A DNA stretch of 64,000 bases from Vampirovibrio sp. (GTDB taxonomy: Bacteria; Cyanobacteriota; Vampirovibrionia; Vampirovibrionales; Vampirovibrionaceae): NCBI RefSeq assembly GCF_041737375.1, contig NZ_JBGSRV010000008.1, positions 10,648 through 74,647 on the forward strand, read 5' to 3'. The notes under the pieces were generated by a model. The model worked only from the letters and a program-made list of their open reading frames with translations. It ran no database searches and was not told where the DNA came from. Positions within the stretch are counted from its first letter, which is position 1. Each line of letters starts with the position of its first letter. Below are positions 49,404 to 58,279 of this stretch, in pieces. A program made the translations under genes and the position numbers.

Positions 49404-49472
49404 ATGAATAGTCTGAACAACTTAGTCATTATTCTCGTAGTCATTCTCAGCGGCTTTGCCGGTGGGACTTGA
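49404..49472 (+). CDS. Candidate ilv leader peptide of 22 aa, rich in Leu, Ile and Val.
   Basis: MNSLNNLVIILVVILSGFAGGT*. Ten of 22 residues are Leu, Ile or Val, with a VIILVVIL run. A strong terminator follows 33 nt later, and ilvB starts about 300 nt downstream. Confidence 0.55.
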   Translation: MNSLNNLVIILVVILSGFAGGT

Positions 49473-49504
49473 ATCCTTGTTCAGATAAAGAACGTCAGAT
49501 TCAA

Positions 49505-49545
49505 AAGACCGCCGGCCCTCAGGGACCGGCGGTTTTGCTTTTTAG
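49505..49545 (+). terminator. Rho-independent terminator, the candidate ilvBNC attenuator.
   Basis: aaaaGACCGCCGGCCCtcaGGGACCGGCGGTtttgcttttt is a GC-rich 11-12-bp stem plus T-run, lying between the leader peptide and ilvB. Confidence 0.7.
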
Positions 49546-49770
49546 GTCAATCCCATTTTGTTTAGTTACTTAAAAGAAGGAAATGCACCATGACCACCTT
49601 GCCAACCCTTTCATTCAGCGCCGATAACACCTTGGCCAAGCTGTTGAACCGGGTGGCGGTCTTGCTACTTGGAACGCCGCCAACTGTCGTGGATCTGGGC
49701 CTGGTGGTTGCGCTGGTGGAAACTCCCGCCACTGTGTTTTCTCTGCGAATTAGTATGCAAGGAGGGTGCC

Positions 49771-51516
49771 ATGGCCACGCATAGTGAATGTCATCAGGCC
49801 AACCCTGAAATGAAACCAGCCGCCCCAACCTTAAGCGGGGCTCAAATTTTTCTGAGCTGTCTGGTGGCGGAAGGGGTAGATACCCTGTTTGGCATGCCCG
49901 GTGGGGTCATTCTTTCTATTTATGAGGCCTTGCCGGAATTTCCCCTGAACCATATTCTGGTACGCCATGAGCAAGGGGCCATTCATATGGCGGAAGGCTA
50001 CGCCCGAGCCACGGGCAAGGCGGGGGTGGCCATCGCTACTTCTGGCCCCGGAGCCACCAATTTGGTAACCGGCTTGGCCGATGCCTATTATGACTCGGTG
50101 CCGGTGGTGGCCTTTACCGGAAATGTCCCCTCTGGCCTGTTGGGAAATGATGCCTTTCAGGAGGCGGATATCGTGGGCATTACTCGCCCGGTGACCAAGC
50201 ACAATATTATTGTTCGGCGGGCCGAGGATTTGGCGCAGGCCATTAAAGAGGCCTTCCATGTGGCCACCAGCGGACGCCCCGGCCCGGTGCTGGTGGATAT
50301 TCCCAAAGATGTACTGCTGGCCACCGCTGAATTTGATTACGAGGCTGCCCGCATAGATTTGCCCGGATACACGGTGGAACAATCGTTTACCGAGCAAGAT
50401 CTGGATTCCATGCTGGCCTTGCTGAAAGAGGCTAAGCAACCTGTGTTGCTGGCGGGTGGTGGGGTCATCAGCGCTGGCGCGCATTTGGAAGTTCAGGCGT
50501 TCGCCGAGCGTTTTAATTTGCCAGTGGCCAATTCCTTAATGGGCTTGGGCGGTTTTCCAACCAGTCACCCCAATTTTTTGGGCTTTTGCGGCATGCACGG
50601 TCAGTATTGGGCCAACATTGCCATTGCCAACGCTGATTTGCTGTTGATTGTGGGAAATCGGTTGGGAGAGCGGCAAACGGGCAAAACCGACCGATTTGCC
50701 CGCAACGCCAAAATTGTACATATTGATTTGGACCCCACCACCTTGCAAAAAAACGTGGCTGCGCTTTTGCCGGTACAAGGGGATATTCAAGCCATTTTTC
50801 AGCAGTTGCTCTCTAAAACAGAGGACATGACTGATTTTGCGTCCTCTCTGGAAAGCCGGGTTCAGTGGTTTGACGCCATTCAGGGCTGGAAGGCCCGTCG
50901 CCCTGATCCTCAAGCGGTAGAGGGCCTTTTAACCCCGCAATATGTGCTGGATCGCATTTTTCATTACCTGCCCAAAGACGCCTTTGTGACCACCGAAGTG
51001 GGCCAGCACCAAATGTGGGCCGCCCAGCGCTTTAATCTGGATCGCCCCCGCAGTTTCATCAGTTCCGGTGGCTTGGGAACCATGGGCTTTGGCTTCCCGG
51101 CTGCCATCGGGGTGCAGGCCGCGTTTCCCGATAAAACGGTGATTGATATTGCCGGAGATGGCAGTTTCCAGATGACCCTGCAAGAGCTGGCCACGGCTCG
51201 GGATCACGGATTGGCGGTGAAAGTGGCTATTATCAATAATGGCTATTTGGGCATGGTGCGCCAGTGGCAGGATAAAACCTGGAATCGCCCTTCTCAATCC
51301 CGAATGACCTCCCCGGATTATGTGAAACTGGCTGAAGCTTACGGTTGCGTTGGCTTTGTGGTGGAACGCCCCGAAGAGGTGGACGCCGTGATTCAGCAAG
51401 CCTACGCCATTACGGATCGTCCGGTGTTGATTGATTTCCGGGTGCGGGAAAAAGCGGATGTCTATCCGTGGGTGCCTGCTGGCGGGGCCAATGAGGATAT
51501 GTTGATTGAAGAGTAA
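49771..51516 (+). CDS. ilvB: Acetolactate synthase (acetohydroxy-acid synthase) large catalytic subunit.
   Basis: SGAQIFLSCLVAEGVDTLFGMPGGVILSIYEAL at the N-terminus and a GDGSFQM...NNGYLGMVRQWQ ThDP motif. ATG at 49771; the ORF track extends to 49669. Confidence 0.9.
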   Translation: MATHSECHQANPEMKPAAPTLSGAQIFLSCLVAEGVDTLFGMPGGVILSIYEALPEFPLNHILVRHEQGAIHMAEGYARATGKAGVAIATSGPGATNLVTGLADAYYDSVPVVAFTGNVPSGLLGNDAFQEADIVGITRPVTKHNIIVRRAEDLAQAIKEAFHVATSGRPGPVLVDIPKDVLLATAEFDYEAARIDLPGYTVEQSFTEQDLDSMLALLKEAKQPVLLAGGGVISAGAHLEVQAFAERFNLPVANSLMGLGGFPTSHPNFLGFCGMHGQYWANIAIANADLLLIVGNRLGERQTGKTDRFARNAKIVHIDLDPTTLQKNVAALLPVQGDIQAIFQQLLSKTEDMTDFASSLESRVQWFDAIQGWKARRPDPQAVEGLLTPQYVLDRIFHYLPKDAFVTTEVGQHQMWAAQRFNLDRPRSFISSGGLGTMGFGFPAAIGVQAAFPDKTVIDIAGDGSFQMTLQELATARDHGLAVKVAIINNGYLGMVRQWQDKTWNRPSQSRMTSPDYVKLAEAYGCVGFVVERPEEVDAVIQQAYAITDRPVLIDFRVREKADVYPWVPAGGANEDMLIEE

Positions 51517-51600
51517 GACTAAAGTAACCACTTATTTTCAAGACACGAGATTCAAAAAATCATGCAATTATTACCCACCCATAATTTAAGAGGCTTTGAA

Positions 51601-51969
51601 ATGACTGACCCCAACCAGTCTTGTGACTCGCAACATGTATACTGCCTGACCCAAAACCGCTTGGGCGCAATGGATCGGGTTCTGGGGGCCTTGACGCACC
51701 GGGGCATTATTCCGCAACGCATGACCTCTGCCCTGTGCGAAAACAACCAACTTGAAATCATCCTGACTTTCCCAAAGCAGGATGAACCCATTGTTCAAAA
51801 ACTGGTTAAATTTCTGCAAAAACAGGTTTATGTCATTCAGGCGCAAACGATAGAATCCTTTGCCCAGGCGAAGAACAGCGCTGAGGCATCCAATATCACC
51901 CCTCTGTTCGTATCCGATATTATTCATGATCAGCCCCAAAGGAGAATGGCTCATGCCCACAACGCTTAA
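51601..51969 (+). CDS. ilvN: Acetolactate synthase small regulatory subunit, short ACT-domain form (IlvN/IlvM-like).
   Basis: LTQNRLGAMDRVLGALTHRGIIPQRMTSA parallels the IlvH ACT motif [26 protein letters not shown]. Its position between ilvB and ilvC supports the call. TAAGAGGC ribosome-binding site before ATG 51601. Confidence 0.6.
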   Translation: MTDPNQSCDSQHVYCLTQNRLGAMDRVLGALTHRGIIPQRMTSALCENNQLEIILTFPKQDEPIVQKLVKFLQKQVYVIQAQTIESFAQAKNSAEASNITPLFVSDIIHDQPQRRMAHAHNA

Positions 51970-52999
51970 TGCCCCCCACACCCTGAATATTTTTTATGAC
52001 AAAGACATTGATCGCAGTAAATTGCTATCCAAAAACGTGGCCGTGGTTGGCTTTGGCAGCCAAGGCTTCGGACAAAGTTTAAACCTGAAAGAATCCGGCG
52101 CCACTGTAAAAATCGCGTTGCGGGCTGGCAGCGCCACCGAGGCCAAGGTGAAAGAAGCCGGTCTGGAGGCCATTTCTCTGGAGCAAGCCGCCGAATGGGC
52201 CGATATTATTATGTTCCTGATTCCCGATGTGCAACACGGGCCGGTGTATCAACAGTATTTTGAAGGCAAGTTGAAGCCCGGTCAGGCACTGGTGTTCAGC
52301 CACGGATTCAGCATTCATTACAACGAAATTGTACCGCCCAAGGATGTGGATGTTTTCCTGATTGCCCCCAAAAGTCCCGGCCATCTGGTGCGTTCCGAAT
52401 ATCAGCGGGATCGGGGGGTGCCGTCTCTGTTTGCGGTGTATCAGGATGCCAGCGGTGAGGCCAGGGAATTGGCGCTGGGCTATGCCGCCTGTCTGGGTTC
52501 CGGTCGGGCCGGGGTGATTGAAACCAACTTTAAGGATGAAACCGAAACGGATTTGTTCGGCGAACAAGCCGTGTTGTGCGGTGGGGCTGCCGCCTTGGTA
52601 AAAGCCGGTTTTGAAACCCTGACCGAGGCCGGATACCCACCGGAGTTGGCTTACTTTGAATGTTTGCACGAACTGAAGCTGATTGTGGATTTGATGTACG
52701 AGGGCGGCTTAGAAGACATGCGCTACTCCATCAGCGATACGGCCCGCTACGGGGATGTGAGCCGGGGTCCTCGAGTGATTACCGCCGATACCAAAGCGGC
52801 CATGAAAGAAATTCTGAAAGAGATCCAGTCCGGCGAGTTTGCCCGTGAATGGATGGCAGAATATCGCAGTGGCATGCCCGAATTGAAAAAACGGGTAGAA
52901 GCCGATCGCCAGCATCCGCTGGAAGTGGCTGGCCGTAAGCTGCGTGGCATGATGAGCTGGTTGTCTGGCAATAAGCTGGTCAACCGAGATAAAAACTAG
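51953..52999 (+). CDS. ilvC: Ketol-acid reductoisomerase.
   Basis: KNVAVVGFGSQGFGQSLNLKESG is the NADP Rossmann motif. Class I length of about 348 aa. AAAGGAGA ribosome-binding site. Overlaps the ilvN stop by 17 nt. Confidence 0.9.
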   Translation: MPTTLNAPHTLNIFYDKDIDRSKLLSKNVAVVGFGSQGFGQSLNLKESGATVKIALRAGSATEAKVKEAGLEAISLEQAAEWADIIMFLIPDVQHGPVYQQYFEGKLKPGQALVFSHGFSIHYNEIVPPKDVDVFLIAPKSPGHLVRSEYQRDRGVPSLFAVYQDASGEARELALGYAACLGSGRAGVIETNFKDETETDLFGEQAVLCGGAAALVKAGFETLTEAGYPPELAYFECLHELKLIVDLMYEGGLEDMRYSISDTARYGDVSRGPRVITADTKAAMKEILKEIQSGEFAREWMAEYRSGMPELKKRVEADRQHPLEVAGRKLRGMMSWLSGNKLVNRDKN

Positions 53000-53069
53000 C
53001 GCGATAAAAACTAGGAAAAAAAGAAAACTAGCAAGCAAGAAAAACCAGCAAGAAAGCGAGATAAAACCC

Positions 53070-54212
53070 ATGTTGGAAAGCCCGCAAGCCTATCTAAAAT
53101 TTGACTTGAACCATCAACCGGCCAGCTCCATTCCGGCCATTGATGAGGACGGTCGAATTAGGCTGCCGGGCTTTCCGGCGGGTTTATCCATTCAATCCTA
53201 TTTGCCGCTGGTGCATCAGTTTGCCAAAATTCTGGAAGCCAGTCGCATTCTGGATCGCTATCGGGATAGCCTGCGTTTAATGGCCCGCTTTAATCACGCT
53301 TTATCCAAAAACGGGGAGCCGCAAGCCCCTTTAACCGCCATCACCCCGTCCACCTTATTGCCCCATTTTCACTACAAACGAGAGGATCAAACCGCCACCC
53401 GTGCCTATAAATTACGGGGGGCCATGGTGGGTATGGCTAAGCTGATGGAAAGCAATCACGTTAAACGGTTTTTAACCGTATCTACCGGCAATCACGCCCT
53501 GGGTGTGCTTAAGGCGGCAGAGCTTCTTTTGCCGCAATCGGTGCGGCTGGTGGTGCCCGGTAATACCGCAAGCCTCAAGCTTGAAAAGCTGCGTAAAGCC
53601 ATTGACGGTCTGAATGCCAACGGTGTTCAGGCCGATTTATTATTGAGAGGACAAACCTTTGATGAGGCCCGTGCCTGGGCCTTATCGAACCAGCAGGATC
53701 ATGAGGCTTATCTGGATCCGTATTGCGATCCGTGGGTGGTGGCCGGTCAAGGCACTTTGGGACTGGAGCTGTTGCAACAAATTGGCGATCTGTTGCGAGC
53801 ATCATCCGAGTATGAGGAAGTGGTGATTGTGTCGCCCATTGGGGGTGGTGGTTTGCTGACCGGAACGGCCACGGCCCTGAAGCTGGCCTGTGCCTGGGAA
53901 CCGGCTTTTCGGAATGTGAGCGTTCGGTTTTTAGGGTTGCGTTTGGATGATTTAAAGGCTCCTTTGGGAGACGCTATTCGTGTGTCTGAAATTGCGCCGA
54001 CCAATGAAGTGGCCTTGCAAGCCCTGAATGTGACCATCAAAACCATGACCCAAGCCCAGATGGAGCAAGGGGTTCAGTTTGTGCGCCATGATCTGGGGCA
54101 TACGGTGGAAGGCGCTTCGGGCGGCACGTTGTATCCGGTTTTATCGGAGGCGGATTATCAGCCCAGTCCCCGCCGATTGGTGATTAGCCTGTTGAGTGGC
54201 GGGAACGCTTAA
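53070..54212 (+). CDS. PLP-dependent fold-type II enzyme, threonine/serine dehydratase-like (divergent IlvA-like).
   Basis: HYKREDQTATRAYKLRGA matches the xKxExxxPTGSFKxRGA lysine motif but reads AYK rather than SFK. The Gly-rich loop SPIGGGGLLTG is present. It lies downstream of ilvBNC. Confidence 0.55.
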   Translation: MLESPQAYLKFDLNHQPASSIPAIDEDGRIRLPGFPAGLSIQSYLPLVHQFAKILEASRILDRYRDSLRLMARFNHALSKNGEPQAPLTAITPSTLLPHFHYKREDQTATRAYKLRGAMVGMAKLMESNHVKRFLTVSTGNHALGVLKAAELLLPQSVRLVVPGNTASLKLEKLRKAIDGLNANGVQADLLLRGQTFDEARAWALSNQQDHEAYLDPYCDPWVVAGQGTLGLELLQQIGDLLRASSEYEEVVIVSPIGGGGLLTGTATALKLACAWEPAFRNVSVRFLGLRLDDLKAPLGDAIRVSEIAPTNEVALQALNVTIKTMTQAQMEQGVQFVRHDLGHTVEGASGGTLYPVLSEADYQPSPRRLVISLLSGGNA

Positions 54213-54265
54213 AACCGCCATTCCATATCTGGAAAGCCCTCACATCTGGAAAAACCGTCGCTTTC

Positions 54266-55954
54266 TTAGGAGGCGACGGTTTTTTGTTCGTAGTTTTGTA
54301 AAATGTGCCGGGTCATGGTGAGGCCCAGTTCCACATCTCCCACAATGGTAATTTTGCCTTCCAGCGATTCTAAAAACTGGCGTTCGGAATCGCTATGGGT
54401 GCGCACCATAATTTGGGCGGCGGGATTGATGGTGCGGGCGCTTTGAACCAGTTGCCGCACCTGAAAAGAGTCCAGCGGGGTGACTACAAAATAGCGGGCT
54501 TGGGGCAACCCCACCTGATGCAAAATTTCGGATGATTCGGCATCGCCGTAAATGGCCGGAATGCCTTTGGCCTGTAACTCTTCCACGGTGTTTCGATTTT
54601 GTTCAATCACCACAAAAGGAATTTTATTTTCGCCTAATAAACGCCCCATAACTCGACCCACCCGGCCAAATCCCACCAGAATGACATGCCCCGACAAGGT
54701 GGCCCCCGCAAGCCCAGCGCCACTGGTGGAATCTCGCAAATTTAATTTTGCCAGCAGTGGATTGTTTTTCAAACGGGCTTTCAAAAAATCCGTGAGATGG
54801 AAAATAAACGGGTTCAGGGTAATGGAAATTAAAGCGCCAGCCAAAATCAGGCTTTGTCCGCTGGGGGGCAAAAGCCCTAAACTGGCTCCCAGTCCGGCCA
54901 AAATAAAGGAAAATTCTCCAATTTGAGCCAAGCTGGCTGAGACTTTCAAAGCGGTATTCAAGGGGTAACGCAGGGCCAAAATAAGCCCAAAAGCGGCCAG
55001 TGATTTTCCGATAATGATAATGGAAACAACGGCCAGTACCTGAAAGGGGTGCGTCCACAGAATTTTGGGGTCAAACAACATGCCCACCGATACAAAGAAA
55101 AGCACGGCAAAAGCGTCTTGCAGGGGCAAAGCGTTGGCCGCCGCCCGGTGGCTGAGGTGCGATTCGTGAATGACCACGCCCGCAAAAAAAGCGCCTAAAG
55201 CAAAAGAAACCCCAAACAGGGCCGCAGACCCATAAGCCACGCCCAGTGCCACACCAATGACAAATAAGGTGAATAGTTCCCGAGAGCCGGTAGCCGCCAC
55301 TTTATTCAGCAGCCAGGGGAATAGCTTGCGGCCAATGACCAGCATAAAACCTACAAATAAACTTACTTTGCCCAGGGTTAAACCCAGGGTCCATATAATA
55401 TTTTGTCCGGCGGTTGGGCCAGCCTGCCCGCCTAACCACCCGGAAAGGGCGGGCAATAGAACCAGTACCAGTACCATCACAATGTCTTCTACAATGAGCC
55501 AGCCCACGGCAATATTGCCGTTTTCAGAAGAAAGTTCCCCTTGCTCTTCCAAGGCTCGCAACAAAACCACGGTACTGGCCACGGATAGGGCTAAGCCTAA
55601 AACCACGCCTCCGCCAAGGCTCCAGCCCCACAGGTGCGCCAACCCCATGCCCATGGCGGTGGCTACCAGAATTTGCAAAATAGCGCCCGGTAGCGCAATG
55701 TTACGCACTGCCAGCAAATCACCCACCGAAAAATGCATGCCCACCCCAAACATCAGCAAAATCACCCCGATTTCAGATAACTGGGAAGCCAATGCGAGAT
55801 CGGCCACAAAACCGGGTGTGTGTGGCCCAATTAAAGCCCCTACCAGTAAATAGCCCACAATGGGGGAAAGCCTCAATTTCAGGGCCACAAAGCCACCCAC
55901 AAAGGCGAGCGCCAGACTGATGGCCACGGTAAAAAGCAGTGTGGTGTCGTGCAT
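54266..55954 (-). CDS. CPA2 cation:proton antiporter with a C-terminal TrkA-N (RCK) domain (KefB/KefC-like).
   Basis: LSPIVGYLLVGALIGPHTPGF... with 12-13 TM segments, and the C-terminal Rossmann motif HVILVGFGRVGR. Confidence 0.85.
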   Translation of the reverse strand: MHDTTLLFTVAISLALAFVGGFVALKLRLSPIVGYLLVGALIGPHTPGFVADLALASQLSEIGVILLMFGVGMHFSVGDLLAVRNIALPGAILQILVATAMGMGLAHLWGWSLGGGVVLGLALSVASTVVLLRALEEQGELSSENGNIAVGWLIVEDIVMVLVLVLLPALSGWLGGQAGPTAGQNIIWTLGLTLGKVSLFVGFMLVIGRKLFPWLLNKVAATGSRELFTLFVIGVALGVAYGSAALFGVSFALGAFFAGVVIHESHLSHRAAANALPLQDAFAVLFFVSVGMLFDPKILWTHPFQVLAVVSIIIIGKSLAAFGLILALRYPLNTALKVSASLAQIGEFSFILAGLGASLGLLPPSGQSLILAGALISITLNPFIFHLTDFLKARLKNNPLLAKLNLRDSTSGAGLAGATLSGHVILVGFGRVGRVMGRLLGENKIPFVVIEQNRNTVEELQAKGIPAIYGDAESSEILHQVGLPQARYFVVTPLDSFQVRQLVQSARTINPAAQIMVRTHSDSERQFLESLEGKITIVGDVELGLTMTRHILQNYEQKTVAS

Positions 55955-56109
55955 TGGGATTCCCCTCCCGGTTTAAAAAGTGATGATTCTATGCTCCCAC
56001 GATTTCACGGCAGGCTCAATCTGGAAAAGTGGTACGGCTAAATTAAGGGCAATGAAAAGAGGCACCTAAAGTGCGCGGCGATTGGTGTTCAGGGGTTTAG
56101 AGGCAAGAA

Positions 56110-56775
56110 CTAGCTATCGTTGGAGTGGGCGGCCACTTTGGGTGGGCGATAGGCGAGACTGGATGTTTGCCAGTTAAAGCGAATGGCCAGCGCCCGCAAA
56201 GTGAAGGTGATGAAAATAGTGAACAATCCGGCTTCAAAGTGATTAATACTGGAAAAACTACTCAAAATGACAAAGGTGAGACAACCCACCAATGCCACGG
56301 CCACATAAAACTGTCCGGGTCTGAAAATCAGTGGTTCCTCACGGATTAAAATATCTCTTAAAATGCCACCGCCTACGGCGTTAACAATGCCCACCAGCAC
56401 CACGGCGGGCAAGGCCATGCCCGCTAAAATGGCCTTGTCGCAGCCCACCACGGCATATGCCCCCAGACAGAGGGCGTCTACAATGTCAATGAGCAATTGC
56501 AGGCGGGGCATTAATTGCTGAAAAGCGATGCCAATTAAGGCCCCCAGTAAAATCAGAATGAGGTAATTTCCGTTGGTGGTAATGCTGGGTGGGCCTTGTT
56601 GTAAAAACAGGCCATCCCGAAGCAGGCCGCCACCCACCGAACCGGCGAAAGCCACGGTACAGACGCCCACAATATCGTAATCTTTACGCAAGGCCAGCAA
56701 CGTACCGGCAATGGCGAACAAAAAAGTAGCGCCATAGTCAAACCAGTCGGGTAGGGTAAAAGGGTCCAGTGACAT
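56110..56775 (-). CDS. UPF0126 / TRIC-family (YicG/YadS-like) membrane protein.
   Basis: Two UPF0126 repeats with the Gly-rich motifs AFAGSVGGGLLRD and GIVNAVGGGILRD. Confidence 0.75.
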   Translation of the reverse strand: MSLDPFTLPDWFDYGATFLFAIAGTLLALRKDYDIVGVCTVAFAGSVGGGLLRDGLFLQQGPPSITTNGNYLILILLGALIGIAFQQLMPRLQLLIDIVDALCLGAYAVVGCDKAILAGMALPAVVLVGIVNAVGGGILRDILIREEPLIFRPGQFYVAVALVGCLTFVILSSFSSINHFEAGLFTIFITFTLRALAIRFNWQTSSLAYRPPKVAAHSNDS

Positions 56776-57119
56776 GAGGAAATAGAACCTTCTATTGAGC
56801 CTGTAATCGTTTCAGAGTGGTGAGTGGCTGGACGAAGCTGCCTGAGGCTCCTTTTTCTTACATTGAACACTGTGGGTTTTCTTTTAACGCTCAGGCATTT
56901 ATTTTGATGCGCCCAATGGGGATAGCGACTTAATAATCTTAATATTTTTAAAACATATTTTTTGAAAAATGGGATTGAAAAATGATTGAAACGGCTTCGA
57001 TGACTGTGCGTCTTTCGGTTTTTTATTTTTTTGGATTTTCTGAAACTTCTTCATCAGCTTTGCCGTAATGATGATGTGAACACGAGATTCAGTATCAAAC
57101 CGGGGAAGGAGACTATGAC

Positions 57120-57458
57120 ATGATGATGCCAACACTGAACCAGTTAAAGTTAATGAGCGTTCCCGCCTTGCTGACCATGATGCTGATCAGCGCCATGATA
57201 CCGGCTGAGGCCCATAATAATCGTTATTACGATTCCCGGAATTACCGGAATCAGGGTAGTTTTTCCCAGCGAAATCCTTACATGCACAAAGCCTTGATTG
57301 GGGGCGGTGCTGGCGCTGTCATAGGCGGCGTTCTGGGGCAGGATGGCTACCGTACCGGTAGTGCTGTTAAAGGGGCTGTGATTGGTGCTGGGGCTGGTTT
57401 GGGTTACGAGTTTCTGAAGCGTCAAGGTACCTTTGGCGGCAATCGCAATCGCTGGTAG
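57120..57458 (+). CDS. Small secreted glycine-zipper protein.
   Basis: GGAAGGAG ribosome-binding site. Signal peptide, then ALIGGGAGAVIGGVLG...GAVIGAGAGLGY (GxxxG zipper). Confidence 0.6.
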   Translation: MMMPTLNQLKLMSVPALLTMMLISAMIPAEAHNNRYYDSRNYRNQGSFSQRNPYMHKALIGGGAGAVIGGVLGQDGYRTGSAVKGAVIGAGAGLGYEFLKRQGTFGGNRNRW

Positions 57459-57517
57459 CCTGCCATTCAATCATTAACCTTTAAATATTAAGTGCTATTT
57501 GAGGAGGAGATGTTCCC

Positions 57518-57781
57518 ATGAAAAAGAAAATGCTTTTAACCCTGGGTTTGCTAGGCGTGATGGTGGGCAGCCTGTTGGGCGGCGAAGCTTTCGCTCACGA
57601 TCGCAACGATCGTCGGGATGGCTGGCGTAATAATAATAATCGTTCCAGCTGGGGACAGCAAAGACGCTACTATCGCCCCGCTAGCAGAGGCAATTGGTGG
57701 CGGAATGACAATCGGGTATCCTACCGGCCCGGCAACCGCTGGGGCAACTATCGTCCAGCTCCCAAACGTGGTTGGTGGTAA
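57518..57781 (+). CDS. Small secreted protein of 87 aa, rich in Arg, Asn, Trp and Gly.
   Basis: GAGGAGGA ribosome-binding site. Signal peptide MKKKMLLTLGLLGVMVGSLLGGEAFA. The mature part reads HDRNDRRDGWRNNNNRSSWGQQRRYYRPASRGNWWRNDNRVSYRPGNRWGNYRPAPKRGWW. Confidence 0.55.
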   Translation: MKKKMLLTLGLLGVMVGSLLGGEAFAHDRNDRRDGWRNNNNRSSWGQQRRYYRPASRGNWWRNDNRVSYRPGNRWGNYRPAPKRGWW

Positions 57782-57949
57782 CATCCCCCTTTCGTTGAAA
57801 ATTCGATCGGTTTGAACCTTTCAAAAACCCTGTCCTTTCATTGTAAGGGGTGGGGTTTTTGTTGCTTGAAATCAGTGACGTTTGTCCTTCTTTTTAGAAA
57901 ATGGATGGCATTTTTTGCTTACTGTTCTTGCTTACCTTCAATCTCTGTG

Positions 57950-58140
57950 TTTATATTTCAGTAACTCGTCCAAATATTCGGGAAACCCGGTGAAACTCCG
58001 GGGCTGTGCCGCAACTGTGAATTCACCATCCGGTGAAAAGTCAGAAGACCGTGGAAGAGCCTGTTTACACTCTTGCGAGCATGAGAGGAACCCGTGTGCC
58101 AATGTCACCGACGCCATTATTGATTTAAAAAGTGGGATAA
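57950..58140 (+). ncRNA. Cobalamin (adenosylcobalamin) riboswitch.
   Basis: GGGAAaCCcGGTGaAAcTCCGGgGCTGtgCCGCAACtGTgAa matches the conserved core. The B12 box AGTCAGAAGACCGTGG lies at 58049-58064. It sits upstream of the btuB-like gene. Confidence 0.8.
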
Positions 58141-58279
58141 GTCCGAAGTAAGCCTGAGGAAGGTTGATTGGCGTTTGCGTCAATTTTTTAAAACCTTTTA
58201 ATTGCCCTGATCACCCCGATTAATTTTATTTTGCGCTGTTTTAAGGCGTGTCAATTTTTTATGGAAGGATGTTATTCCC

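Noticed and set aside
49590-49784. 64-aa ORF with Val/Leu runs as an alternative ilv leader peptide.
   Set aside because: It lies downstream of the attenuator terminator and overlaps the ilvB start, so it cannot drive terminator-based attenuation. I kept it only as a possible coupling uORF inside the attenuator finding.
57882-58151. 89-aa plus-strand ORF upstream of btuB.
   Set aside because: It exactly overlaps the cobalamin riboswitch core and B12 box, so it is non-coding RNA.
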